From: Candidatus Delongbacteria bacterium
GTDB lineage: Bacteria; CAIWAD01
Assembly: GCA_963663545.1 (NCBI GenBank)
Contig: OY760505.1
Location: 608,001-672,000 of the forward strand
Length of the DNA: 64,000 nucleotides
Direction of reading: 5' to 3'
The notes below the pieces were generated by a model that saw nothing but the letters and a program-made list of their open reading frames with translations, had not been told where the DNA came from and did not search any database. The translations under genes were made by a program, and so were the position numbers. Shown here one piece after another: positions 39,616-48,931 of the stretch (within the stretch, counting starts at the first letter, position 1; each line of letters opens with the position of its first letter).

Positions 39616-41960
39616 ACAAGTGGAAAGCTTTGATCCTTGTATCACTATTGGTGGGCGAGGCCGGTCCCTTGCTGGCGGATGCCATCTTCAGCGGCCCCGA
39701 TGGCACCGGCACAGGCGGCAGTGCGGTCCTCGCCACCTACTGGACGGATTCCCGCTACCAAATGGTAATTGGTCGCGACGAGTTCAGTGGTGCTTCCGGT
39801 ACGCTGACCGGCGTCAGCCTGAAGTTGTGGGCACCCTTCGAGGAGGCCATCAACAACGTCACTGTTCGCGGCTGCTTTCTGGACCCGGAAGAGTGGGCAC
39901 CGCTGACAGGCGGGCAATACATCAACACGGGCTTGGTGACACTGGCAGATTACGGATGGCTGCCTGTCTATAATCAAGAGGCCGGCACCGGCTGGTGGTC
40001 CATTTCCTTTTTCAGCGGCACGGTGTCGACCACCAGTTACGCCACAGAAGACCTGTTGCTGGACTTCTGCGTGGACAACGACAGCACGCTGCCCGTCTCC
40101 GCCAACTTCGCCAGTATCCCGGCTGGCGCTTACCCGGCCGCCCGTACGATTACAACCAACACCAATCCCGAGTACAACCTGCTCAACGCTGGCTACGGCA
40201 ACCCCAGCTCCTTTCGCCCACTGGTGCGGCTTGAGGGTCTGAATCTAAGTTGCGTCGGCAGCCTGTACCCCGGCCAGTTGCCCACGCCACTGGCGGCGGA
40301 CGTACTGGTTCCGGCGGGAAGCGTGTTACGCGTGTTTCAGGGAACGTCCCTGTTCTTCAAACCCGAGCTGGGTATCCGCGTAGAGGGAGCCTTGCAGGCG
40401 ATGGGCACTGCCACATCCCCCATCGAGTTCAGCGGCCTCTCCTGGGAGGGCCTCCTCTTTGAGGCGGATGAGACCGAGGCAGCATCCACCCTGAAGCACG
40501 TGCGGCTGACAGCGGTGGACAACGTCGCCACCGATGGACGTGGCGCTCTCTGCGCGTACTACCACGAAGTACCCCTGAACCTGAGCCATGTGGAAGTCGC
40601 CGACTGTCTATCGCCCTATGGTGGCGGTTTATTCCTGGGCGATATCGATCTGAATGTCGAAGATCTCTGGATCCACAACTGCCGGGCGGTCAACGGTGGC
40701 GGCGGCATCCTGGCCGAATCCCTCTCCGACACGCTGGCAAGCATACGCATCGCGGACTGCCTGGCGCATCAGGGCGGCGGCCTCTACATCAATCGCGGCA
40801 CCAGCCTCTGGGATCGCGTGTGTCTGAGCAACAACACCGCCGACGAAGGTTCAGCCGTCTACGGGAGCGGCTGTGGTGATACACAGTTCCGCAACTGCAC
40901 CTTCCATGGCGGATCTTCGACCGCGGCCACCGTCGAGCTGAGCGCGTACAATGCCAACCAGCCGGCACCCGTGCTCTTCGAGAGCTGCCTCTTCATGCCC
41001 GCTGCCGGTGTGGAGCGTGCGATGCACTCCACCAACGTGCGCACGGCCTTTGCGTGGTGCAGTTCGCCCGTCGGCAGTGCGAACTTCGTGGGTGATACAT
41101 TTTCGCCCTTGCTGCTGGAAGGCAACATCAGCTACGATGGTGAATACGACACGATCAACTGGCGCCCGCACCGTCTGGAGAGCCCCTTGGTAGACGCGGG
41201 GAATCCCGTGCTGCTGGATGCTGATCTCACTCGCTGCGACATCGGCACGGGCTACTGGGACCAGAGCGCGCCCGTCGTGACACATCTGTGTGACGTTCCC
41301 GCCGACCAGGGACATCAGCTCCAACTGGCCTGGGAAGCCAGCTCGATGGATCTGGCGCAGGTAAACGACGACTGGTTCTACAGCGTCTGGCGTCTGGACA
41401 GCCTCTTTGACGTGTCACGCTGCGCTGAGTCACTCTGGCTGGAGGATGTGTCACAGTTCGATCCGGCGCAGATCGGTGACACACCCATTCGTGTTACAGC
41501 ACCCGAAGGCCATGTCTGGACCTTTGTATCACAGGTTCCCGCGACCCAGGTGGCGGAGTATGGTCTGATCGTGCCCACGCTGCACGATATGCTGGACGGG
41601 CAAGCCTGGGAAAGCGAAGTGCTCGTCTACTGGCATCACGATACGGAGCTGGCGGAATCGGCGACGGCGACCGCGATTTCGGTGGACAACATCGCCCCCG
41701 ATGCGCCCTTGGCGCTGGTCGCTGTTCCCGCCGGTGAGACAATTGAGCTGAGCTGGAACGCGGTGACAACTGGAACCCTCGATGGCGTGACCCTGCCCGA
41801 GCGCAACGGCATCGTGTATCACATCTATGCCAGCGAGAATCCCTGGTTCGACATCGAGGATGCAGAGTACCTCGGCACCGTTAGCGAGCCGCGTATCACC
41901 CTGCCGGTGGAAGAGAACACCCGCCGCTTCTACAAAATCGTAGCCAGCGACAGCCAGTAG
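39612..41960 (+). CDS. Secreted parallel beta-helix protein, paralogue 3 of 4
   Basis: Same architecture; ATGA overlap with paralogue 2. Confidence 0.8.
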   Translation: MNKWKALILVSLLVGEAGPLLADAIFSGPDGTGTGGSAVLATYWTDSRYQMVIGRDEFSGASGTLTGVSLKLWAPFEEAINNVTVRGCFLDPEEWAPLTGGQYINTGLVTLADYGWLPVYNQEAGTGWWSISFFSGTVSTTSYATEDLLLDFCVDNDSTLPVSANFASIPAGAYPAARTITTNTNPEYNLLNAGYGNPSSFRPLVRLEGLNLSCVGSLYPGQLPTPLAADVLVPAGSVLRVFQGTSLFFKPELGIRVEGALQAMGTATSPIEFSGLSWEGLLFEADETEAASTLKHVRLTAVDNVATDGRGALCAYYHEVPLNLSHVEVADCLSPYGGGLFLGDIDLNVEDLWIHNCRAVNGGGGILAESLSDTLASIRIADCLAHQGGGLYINRGTSLWDRVCLSNNTADEGSAVYGSGCGDTQFRNCTFHGGSSTAATVELSAYNANQPAPVLFESCLFMPAAGVERAMHSTNVRTAFAWCSSPVGSANFVGDTFSPLLLEGNISYDGEYDTINWRPHRLESPLVDAGNPVLLDADLTRCDIGTGYWDQSAPVVTHLCDVPADQGHQLQLAWEASSMDLAQVNDDWFYSVWRLDSLFDVSRCAESLWLEDVSQFDPAQIGDTPIRVTAPEGHVWTFVSQVPATQVAEYGLIVPTLHDMLDGQAWESEVLVYWHHDTELAESATATAISVDNIAPDAPLALVAVPAGETIELSWNAVTTGTLDGVTLPERNGIVYHIYASENPWFDIEDAEYLGTVSEPRITLPVEENTRRFYKIVASDSQ

Positions 41961-42085
41961 CTCTTAATCGCTATCGCTATCGGTATCGGTATCGGTATCC
42001 GACTCGGCTTCACGAGTCGGCGGGATCGGTATCGACGCACAACCTTAACCAACCACCCCAAGCCCCGGAGCGTCTCCGGGGCTTG
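41961..42085 (+). repeat. Repeated intergenic element: ATCGST hexamers, hairpin and terminator (copy 2)
   Basis: Five hexamers, CCGACTCG-GCTTCA-CGAGTCGG, AAGCCCCGGAG..CTCCGGGGCTT. Confidence 0.75.
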
Positions 42086-42152
42086 TCATTCTTCCCGCAT
42101 GATGAGCCGGATTCTGCACAACCAGATCAGTCCAATGCGCGCCGCATAAAGC

Positions 42153-42208
42153 TAACTCATTGATTTTACAGCAAGCCTTCATTATGCTATTTTTGGCACA
42201 CACATTGC
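42153..42208 (+). promoter_or_regulatory. Putative IHF site plus sigma-54 promoter
   Basis: TAACTCATTGATT (reverse complement fits WATCAANNNNTTR) at 42153-42165; TGGCACACACATTGC at 42194-42208. Confidence 0.65.
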
Positions 42209-42319
42209 CAAAGCTTCGGCTTCCTGCTTCCTGCTTCCGTTCAGTGGGATCGACCTTCTGCGACTGCGACGCGCGTGCTCGCGGCATGGGTCACCGCTGA
42301 ACGCATCTTGGAGAACATC

Positions 42320-44623
42320 ATGTCAATCCGCTCATTGGTCTTGTTTCTTGCCTCAATCCTGTGCTGCACATCCCTAGTCATGGCCAAAGCCTGGTATCGC
42401 CCGGCGACCGCCATTCAAGGCGAGGTGGTAAGCACGTCATACAGCGACAGCCGCTACCAGACCGTGATACCTCGCGACGAGCTGGACAATGCTTTTGGCA
42501 CCTGGACCAGCCTCAGCCTGATTGTCTCCAATGGAACAGGCTACGATCTGACCAACCTGACGGTGCGCGGCAAGAGCGCTACAAACAACGATCTCAACAC
42601 GATCAGCGGCGGCAGCTTCGTCAACAACGGATTGACCACACTCTTCACGGGATCCATTTCCATCTCGCAGATGGACCCGGATACCTGGGAGCTGGAGATT
42701 CCCTTCAATCAGAGCACCATCACCACCAGCGAGTACATCGGCGACGGCTATCTCATCGATCTGGTTGTGGACAACACGGGGTGGGGCTCCGAGAACACCT
42801 ACTTCCTGATGGGCTCCACCAGCACGGGAACGGCCCTCCGCGTCCGTTGCACCAGCACTCTGGAGACCTTCAACTACCTCAACGCCACCACCGGCACCAG
42901 CATCAGCTATCGTCCCTGGATCAAGCTGCATGGCATCAATCACGAAATCAGACGCACCATTTATCCCGGCGAATTCACGGAACCCCTGGTGGCCGATCTG
43001 CTGGTCAAGGCCGGCACTCAGCTTGAGTTGTATCACGGCACCCAGCTGACCTTTGCCGAGGGAATCGGCATGGTGGTTCAGGGCACACTGCTGGTCAACG
43101 GTACACCCAGTGCACGCGTTGACCTGGGTGGAGATGCATGGAGTGGTCTGGTCTTTGAGGCCGAAAGCGATCAGGATACTTCCTTTGTACAACACGCCGT
43201 GATACACGGTGTTGACAACACCAACGGCGACAGACACGGCGCTGTTTTCGTCGACGATCAGGACAAACTGGTGATGCGCGATGTGGAGATCGCCAATTGC
43301 TCAGGCACCCACGGTGGCGGTGTAAAGGTGTACAGCTCGGGGGCTCTCTTTGAGCGCTTGTACATCCACAACTGCAGTAGCAGGCTTTACGGCGGCGGCA
43401 TGTACTTGTCGAATGCAAACGCCAGAGTCCTCGACTCGCGCATTGAATACAACCAGTCCGATCTCGGGGGTGCACTCTATGTTTTTGCTTCCTCCTGCGA
43501 GCTGGAAGGACTGGTGTTGAGACAGAACCAGGCGAACGCGGGAGTTGCGGTATACTCATTTGCCAGCTACGGTGACCGCTTCGTCAACTGCACAACGATC
43601 GGGAGCGATACCAACAGCACCCAATTCATGTTCTATTCCAATAACCGAACCACCCTGCTGGAAGGCTGTCTCTTCCTCAGGAGTACGGGCTACTCTGTTG
43701 CCAGCGGTATTGCGAGGGCCGCCATCAGCCGTTGCAGCTCTCCCGACGGCACTTCCGATTTCTACAACTGCACGATCCTGGATGGTGTGATCGCCTGGAA
43801 CGGCAGCTTCGATTACGAGAAGATGTGTGCGCTCAATACGTCGGCGGCCATTGTGGATGCTGGCCCTCTGGACATGCTGGACGCGGACCTGACCCGCAAG
43901 GATATTGGCGCGGGCTACTTCGATCAGAGCGCGCCCACTGTATCACAACTTGTGGATGTGCCCGCCGACCAGGGCCACCAGTTGCAACTGGCATGGGAAG
44001 CCAGCTCGATGGATCTTGCGCAGGCAAACGACGACTGGTTCTACAGTGTCTGGCGCCTGGACAGCCTCTTTGATGTGTCACGCTCTGCTGAGTCGATCTG
44101 GCTGGAGGATGTGTCACGGCTCGATCCTGCGACCATCGGTGACACACCCATTCGTGTTACAGCACCCGAAGGCCATGTCTGGACCTTTGTATCACAGGTT
44201 CCCGCGACCCAGGTGGCGGAGTATGGTCTGATCGTGCCCACGCTGCACGACATGCTGGACGGGCAAGCCTGGGAAAGCGAAGTGCTCGTCTACTGGCATC
44301 ACGATACGGAGCTGGCGGAATCGGCAACAGCGACGGCGATTTCGGTGGACAACATCGCCCCCGATGCGCCCATGGCACTGGCCGCTACTGCTGTCGATGA
44401 AGAGCTGCAGCTGAGCTGGAGTGAAGTCACCACCGGCACACTGGATGGCGTGACACTTCCCGAGCGCAACGGCATCGTGTATCACATTTACGCCAGCGAA
44501 GTGGCCTGGTTCGAACTCGAGGATGCGGAGTACATCGGCACCGTAAGCGAGCCGCGTATCACCCTGCCGGTGGAAGCGAACACCCGCCGCTTCTACAAAA
44601 TCGTAGCCAGCGACAGCCAGTAG
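42320..44623 (+). CDS. Secreted parallel beta-helix protein, paralogue 4 of 4
   Basis: Same architecture; GGAG RBS before MSIRSL. Confidence 0.8.
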   Translation: MSIRSLVLFLASILCCTSLVMAKAWYRPATAIQGEVVSTSYSDSRYQTVIPRDELDNAFGTWTSLSLIVSNGTGYDLTNLTVRGKSATNNDLNTISGGSFVNNGLTTLFTGSISISQMDPDTWELEIPFNQSTITTSEYIGDGYLIDLVVDNTGWGSENTYFLMGSTSTGTALRVRCTSTLETFNYLNATTGTSISYRPWIKLHGINHEIRRTIYPGEFTEPLVADLLVKAGTQLELYHGTQLTFAEGIGMVVQGTLLVNGTPSARVDLGGDAWSGLVFEAESDQDTSFVQHAVIHGVDNTNGDRHGAVFVDDQDKLVMRDVEIANCSGTHGGGVKVYSSGALFERLYIHNCSSRLYGGGMYLSNANARVLDSRIEYNQSDLGGALYVFASSCELEGLVLRQNQANAGVAVYSFASYGDRFVNCTTIGSDTNSTQFMFYSNNRTTLLEGCLFLRSTGYSVASGIARAAISRCSSPDGTSDFYNCTILDGVIAWNGSFDYEKMCALNTSAAIVDAGPLDMLDADLTRKDIGAGYFDQSAPTVSQLVDVPADQGHQLQLAWEASSMDLAQANDDWFYSVWRLDSLFDVSRSAESIWLEDVSRLDPATIGDTPIRVTAPEGHVWTFVSQVPATQVAEYGLIVPTLHDMLDGQAWESEVLVYWHHDTELAESATATAISVDNIAPDAPMALAATAVDEELQLSWSEVTTGTLDGVTLPERNGIVYHIYASEVAWFELEDAEYIGTVSEPRITLPVEANTRRFYKIVASDSQ

Positions 44624-44732
44624 CTCTTAATCGGTATCGGTATCCGACTCGGCTTCACGAGTCGGCGGGATCGGTATCGACGCACAACCTTAACCAACCA
44701 CCCCAAGCCCCGGATAAGCTCCGGGGCTATTT
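44624..44732 (+). repeat. Repeated intergenic element (copy 3) with terminator
   Basis: Near-identical to the 41961 copy but with two hexamers. Confidence 0.75.
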
Positions 44733-44843
44733 ACTCCCCCACCAACGCAATACAGAATCAGTCTTGATTGCCACAAAATTCTCCGCAATTGCAAGCCTCT
44801 ACGCAAAGCTAAATCCTTGAATTTATTTCAAGTTCGAATCTCG

Positions 44844-44872
44844 TTGACAAGTACACAGTTTTGCGTTATCCT
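44844..44872 (+). promoter_or_regulatory. Putative sigma-70 promoter
   Basis: TTGACA-N17-TATCCT. Confidence 0.6.
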
Positions 44873-44925
44873 CACGATGTTTCTGCCCAACTAAGAGCTT
44901 ACTCAACATGCCAGGAGAGGTTACG

Positions 44926-47900
44926 ATGCACAGGTTTCGTGAATCCTTGTTTGCCCTTGGGCTAAGCTGCACGCTTCTGCCGATGCTTGCAGTTGCTCAA
45001 AGCACACTCCACGTGCCCAGCGAGTACAGTACGATCGCTGCAGCCGTGGCTGCAGCAAGTGATGGTGATACCGTAGAGATTGCTGCAGGCACGTATTACG
45101 AGCACAACCTTACCATTCCCCAATCAATGACCCTGCGCGGCGCAGTTGCCGATTCAGGTGCAGTGGTGATTGATGCACAGGAAATGGGCAGGCACTTCCA
45201 CATGTACAACCTGGCTTCTGGTGTTGTTTTTGAAAACCTCTGCTTGATCAATGGACGCATAAGTCAGGGCGGTGGATCGATGTACATCCGATACACGCCG
45301 GTTCAGCTTGACAACTGCGATTTCATCAACAACAGTGGCTATTCATACTACACCGAAAGCGGCTATGAGGACTGCACTCCATACTCTGCGTACGGTGGAG
45401 CGCTGCGCATCAACGGAAGCCAGCTTACAACGTTGAGCGATTGCGCCTTCCACTCCAACTTCATCGCCCCCGATCAAAGCATCTGCATCTACCCTGAAGC
45501 GCGTTCCAATCTTGGCGGTGCCATTTTCTCGCAGGGACCGGTAGAGCTTGAAGGATGCCGTTTCGTAGAGAACTCCGTGGCTGCGAATTGGGATCGGGAA
45601 GACGTATGCTACAGTGGCGCACTCTATGCTTCCGTTATCACCGCTGAGTCCACCGAGTTTTACTACAACAGTGCGACACCCTGCGCCTACAACTCTCTTG
45701 CCTTTAGTGTTGCACGGGCGCCTGGATCCCAGTCGTATCTCAATTGCCTTTTCGTAGGGAACTACGTCGCAGGAGAAAGAGCGGATCGGCTGAATGGCGG
45801 ATTGATTTCTGGTGACGATACTATTTCCCTTGAGGGCTGTGTCTTTGCTTCAAACAACGCATATCTGGCAGACAGGACAGAGGGCGGAAGTCTACTTCAA
45901 GCTCCCACTCTGACCCTACTGAACAGCACTTTTTACGACAACGCCACAATCAGTCCGGATGCGACTACGCCAATGGAACTGCTGTATGCAAGCACTTCTT
46001 TGGATATTCAGAATTGCATCTTCTATGCCAATGCCGATCATGTTTCCACAAGTAGTCCAACAGCTTCGATTAGCTGCACTGACTGCTACAACAATACGCT
46101 CGGCGACTGGACCGGCTCGATTGCAGCCTTTGCAGGTATCAATGGCAATCTGAACCAGGATCCCGGGTTCTGCAACGCTCCCGTGCTGGATTTCGGTTTG
46201 CAGGCCACGTCCGTTTGCCTTGCGGCAAACAACAGCTGCCAAAGCCTCATCGGTGCTCTGCCCCAGGGCTGCGACTTCAGTTCAAGTATTGTCTTTTCGG
46301 CCCCCTTCCCCTCAAGCCCAAGTGGCATTCCAATGGTAACGGGTGACGAAGGCGTCGCCATTACAGTCAGTTCCACGACTGTAGATGAGGTAGATGCTTC
46401 TTCCCTGTGCATGCGCGTGGACTATGACGGCGACGGCTTTGATTCCGATCCGCGTGAACAGTGGATGGCGTTGAATGGCTATGCAAATGGCATGAGCATT
46501 CGCATCGAGGAAGCGCTGAGTCACATTGCAGAAGTAAGCGAGAACAACATCGAGGTTGAGTTTGGCGCGCGCACCACAACCGAGACAAACTTAAGCTACG
46601 AAAGCACTCTGCTGCACGTCGATCGTATTGTGCCGGATGCCGTTCAGCTTTTCCTGGCCAGCAACTACGGCAGCAGCGTCGACCTGCACTTCACCACCTC
46701 TGCGGCCAGCGACTTCGCAGCATACCGCATCTGGATATCCCATGACTCCACAATTGATGCAGGAGACCGAATCTGGTCCACGGAGGATGACCCCGCTTTG
46801 GCAAGCGCCGCGACAACAGAGAGCCTGGTGACGGAACTGGTCAACGGTCTGGGCTATTGGTTTGCCATAGAAGTGCTGGATGAGGCTGGCAACGCCAGCG
46901 CGCTTTCCAACATCGTTTCACGCACGGGCCTTATTGGAAATGTGCTACGTGTTCCCACCGACTACACGACTCTCAGCGCTGCTCTGAGCGCGTCCGCCGA
47001 GGACGACATCATCCTGCTGGCAGCGGGCACGCACTATAGTTGGAACAACGTGCTAACCCACAGTGTGAGCATCTTCGGCGAGTCAGCGGATTCCGCTGCG
47101 GTGGTCGTCGACGCCGAAAACCACGGTCGTCATTTCTCCGTAAACAACTCCAGCGTGGATCTGCATCTTGCCAATCTTTGCCTGATCAATGGCCGGACGA
47201 CGGCCCCCTGGGGCTCTTCTCCCATGGGTGGATCGATCTACTTCAATGGCGGAAATCTGAGTGCGACAAACTGCGATTGGATCCATAATCGGACCGTGGG
47301 CGAGGTTGTATGGGGTGGCGAGTATGGCGATGAGAGCTTCTGCCAGAATGCACTTGGTGGAGCACTCTTCATCCAGTCGGCCACAAGCGCAGAACTGAAT
47401 GAGTGCCGCTTCTATAATTCAACGTGTTATGCATACAACACAATTGCACGCGGTGGTGCGATCTACTCCAATGCTTCTCTGGACCTCTCCTCATGCAGTT
47501 TTAATGAATCGCTGGTGAGAGCAGGAGGTGGAGAGTTTGATTTGGGCGACAGCTCCGGTGAAGGTGCCGCAGTGTATTGTGCCTCCGCTGTTGACTTGTA
47601 TGCCTGTCAGTTCGAATCCAACAGCATCGACTTGGGATACCACAGCATCAATCCCCTTTATAGAGGTGCGGGTTTGTTTGCCCAGGGTGACGTAACAGTG
47701 GAATCCTGCGCATTCACAGGCAACGGCATAGTCAATGCTGGTTCCGGTTACTATTACGGACAGGCAGCCAATGGCATGGCAATCTACACCAGTCAGCTCT
47801 TACATGTGCAATACAGCCAGTTTGTTGGAAATCACTCGTTTTTCGGCGTAGAAGGGGGCAACATCTCCGCTGCGACCGGCTATGTCCTGCGAGGGGGTCT

Positions 47901-48507
47901 TGTCGAACTGGATCACTGTACAATTCATGGCAACGCATTTGAAGGCAACAGAGTTGCGCCAAGCGCCGTCTCTGCAGAAACAGGGTGTCAGATTGCAAAC
48001 TGTATCCTCAGCGCGAATACGGGCATGGATAGCCCTGTCAGCAGCTCGGGAAGTATGAGCGTTTCCTGCACCGATATCTACGGCAACTTCTCCGACTGGA
48101 CCGGTGATCTGGCTCCTTTTGCCTCGATCAACGGCAATTTGTCGGTGGATCCGCTGTACGTGAATGCACCCGATGATCTGCATTTACAGACAAGCTCGCC
48201 CTGCCTGCCGACAAACAACAGTTGTGGCGTGCTGATGGGAGCGCTAGGCGCAAGTGGTACTTGCCAGGTCATTCCGGCCATCACGGATCTGGTAGCTCTT
48301 TGGACTGAGACAGGAGTTCAGCTAAGCTGGAGCAACCCTGCTCCTGCGTTGGTGAGCGAGTTCCAGGTTCATCTTGGTGCGACGCAGGACTTCGTACCCG
48401 ATGCGTCGAATCTGGTGGCCATTGTCAGTGGAACTCAGTACACGTACTCGCCGGGATCCCCGGACTGCATCGGTTTCCTCCGTGTAATTGCTGTTAGCGC
48501 TAGATAA
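44926..48507 (+). CDS. Large secreted modular protein: 2 pectin-lyase-like beta-helix modules, Ig/FN3-like linker and C-terminal domain
   Basis: Signal peptide; modules begin LHVPSEYSTI / LRVPTDYTTL and end NGNL..DP...SPCL..NNSC. Confidence 0.8.
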   Translation: MHRFRESLFALGLSCTLLPMLAVAQSTLHVPSEYSTIAAAVAAASDGDTVEIAAGTYYEHNLTIPQSMTLRGAVADSGAVVIDAQEMGRHFHMYNLASGVVFENLCLINGRISQGGGSMYIRYTPVQLDNCDFINNSGYSYYTESGYEDCTPYSAYGGALRINGSQLTTLSDCAFHSNFIAPDQSICIYPEARSNLGGAIFSQGPVELEGCRFVENSVAANWDREDVCYSGALYASVITAESTEFYYNSATPCAYNSLAFSVARAPGSQSYLNCLFVGNYVAGERADRLNGGLISGDDTISLEGCVFASNNAYLADRTEGGSLLQAPTLTLLNSTFYDNATISPDATTPMELLYASTSLDIQNCIFYANADHVSTSSPTASISCTDCYNNTLGDWTGSIAAFAGINGNLNQDPGFCNAPVLDFGLQATSVCLAANNSCQSLIGALPQGCDFSSSIVFSAPFPSSPSGIPMVTGDEGVAITVSSTTVDEVDASSLCMRVDYDGDGFDSDPREQWMALNGYANGMSIRIEEALSHIAEVSENNIEVEFGARTTTETNLSYESTLLHVDRIVPDAVQLFLASNYGSSVDLHFTTSAASDFAAYRIWISHDSTIDAGDRIWSTEDDPALASAATTESLVTELVNGLGYWFAIEVLDEAGNASALSNIVSRTGLIGNVLRVPTDYTTLSAALSASAEDDIILLAAGTHYSWNNVLTHSVSIFGESADSAAVVVDAENHGRHFSVNNSSVDLHLANLCLINGRTTAPWGSSPMGGSIYFNGGNLSATNCDWIHNRTVGEVVWGGEYGDESFCQNALGGALFIQSATSAELNECRFYNSTCYAYNTIARGGAIYSNASLDLSSCSFNESLVRAGGGEFDLGDSSGEGAAVYCASAVDLYACQFESNSIDLGYHSINPLYRGAGLFAQGDVTVESCAFTGNGIVNAGSGYYYGQAANGMAIYTSQLLHVQYSQFVGNHSFFGVEGGNISAATGYVLRGGLVELDHCTIHGNAFEGNRVAPSAVSAETGCQIANCILSANTGMDSPVSSSGSMSVSCTDIYGNFSDWTGDLAPFASINGNLSVDPLYVNAPDDLHLQTSSPCLPTNNSCGVLMGALGASGTCQVIPAITDLVALWTETGVQLSWSNPAPALVSEFQVHLGATQDFVPDASNLVAIVSGTQYTYSPGSPDCIGFLRVIAVSAR

Positions 48508-48536
48508 TCTGACCGACGGCAGAGTTTCTGTATCAC

Positions 48537-48568
48537 AAGCCCCGCCCCACATTCTGGGCGGGGCTTTT
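48537..48568 (+). terminator. Intrinsic terminator
   Basis: AAGCCCCGCCC...GGGCGGGGCTTTT. Confidence 0.8.
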
Positions 48569-48657
48569 CCATAGTCCTGTACAACAGTACGGTTAATCAA
48601 AACACATATGCGCGATCGCTGCGTTCGAGTAGGACACTCGCCGAATGCCCCTTTACA

Positions 48658-48931
48658 CAAAGCTAAATCATTGAATTTATTTCAAGTTCGAATCTCGTTG
48701 ACAAGTACACAGTTTTACGTTACTCTCACGATGTTTCCGCCCAACTAAGAGCTTACTCAACATGCCAGGAGAGGTTACGATGCACAGTTTTCGTGAATCC
48801 TTGTTTGCCCTTGGGCTAAGCTGCACGCTTCTGCCGATGCTTGCAGTTGCCCAAAGCACACTCCACGTGCCCAGCGAGTACAGTACGATCGCTGCAGCCG
48901 TGGCTGCAGCAAGTGATGGTGATACCGTAGA
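48658..48931 (+). repeat. 274-bp near-identical copy of 44804-45077 (promoter, RBS, signal peptide, first codons)
   Basis: Constant offset of 3854 bp; includes TTGACA-N17-TACTCT at 48698-48726. Confidence 0.9.

Noticed and set aside
34653..44623. Diversity-generating retroelement as the explanation for near-identical C-terminal blocks
   Set aside because: No reverse transcriptase in the window, all copies lie within intact genes, and the differences are not adenine-specific
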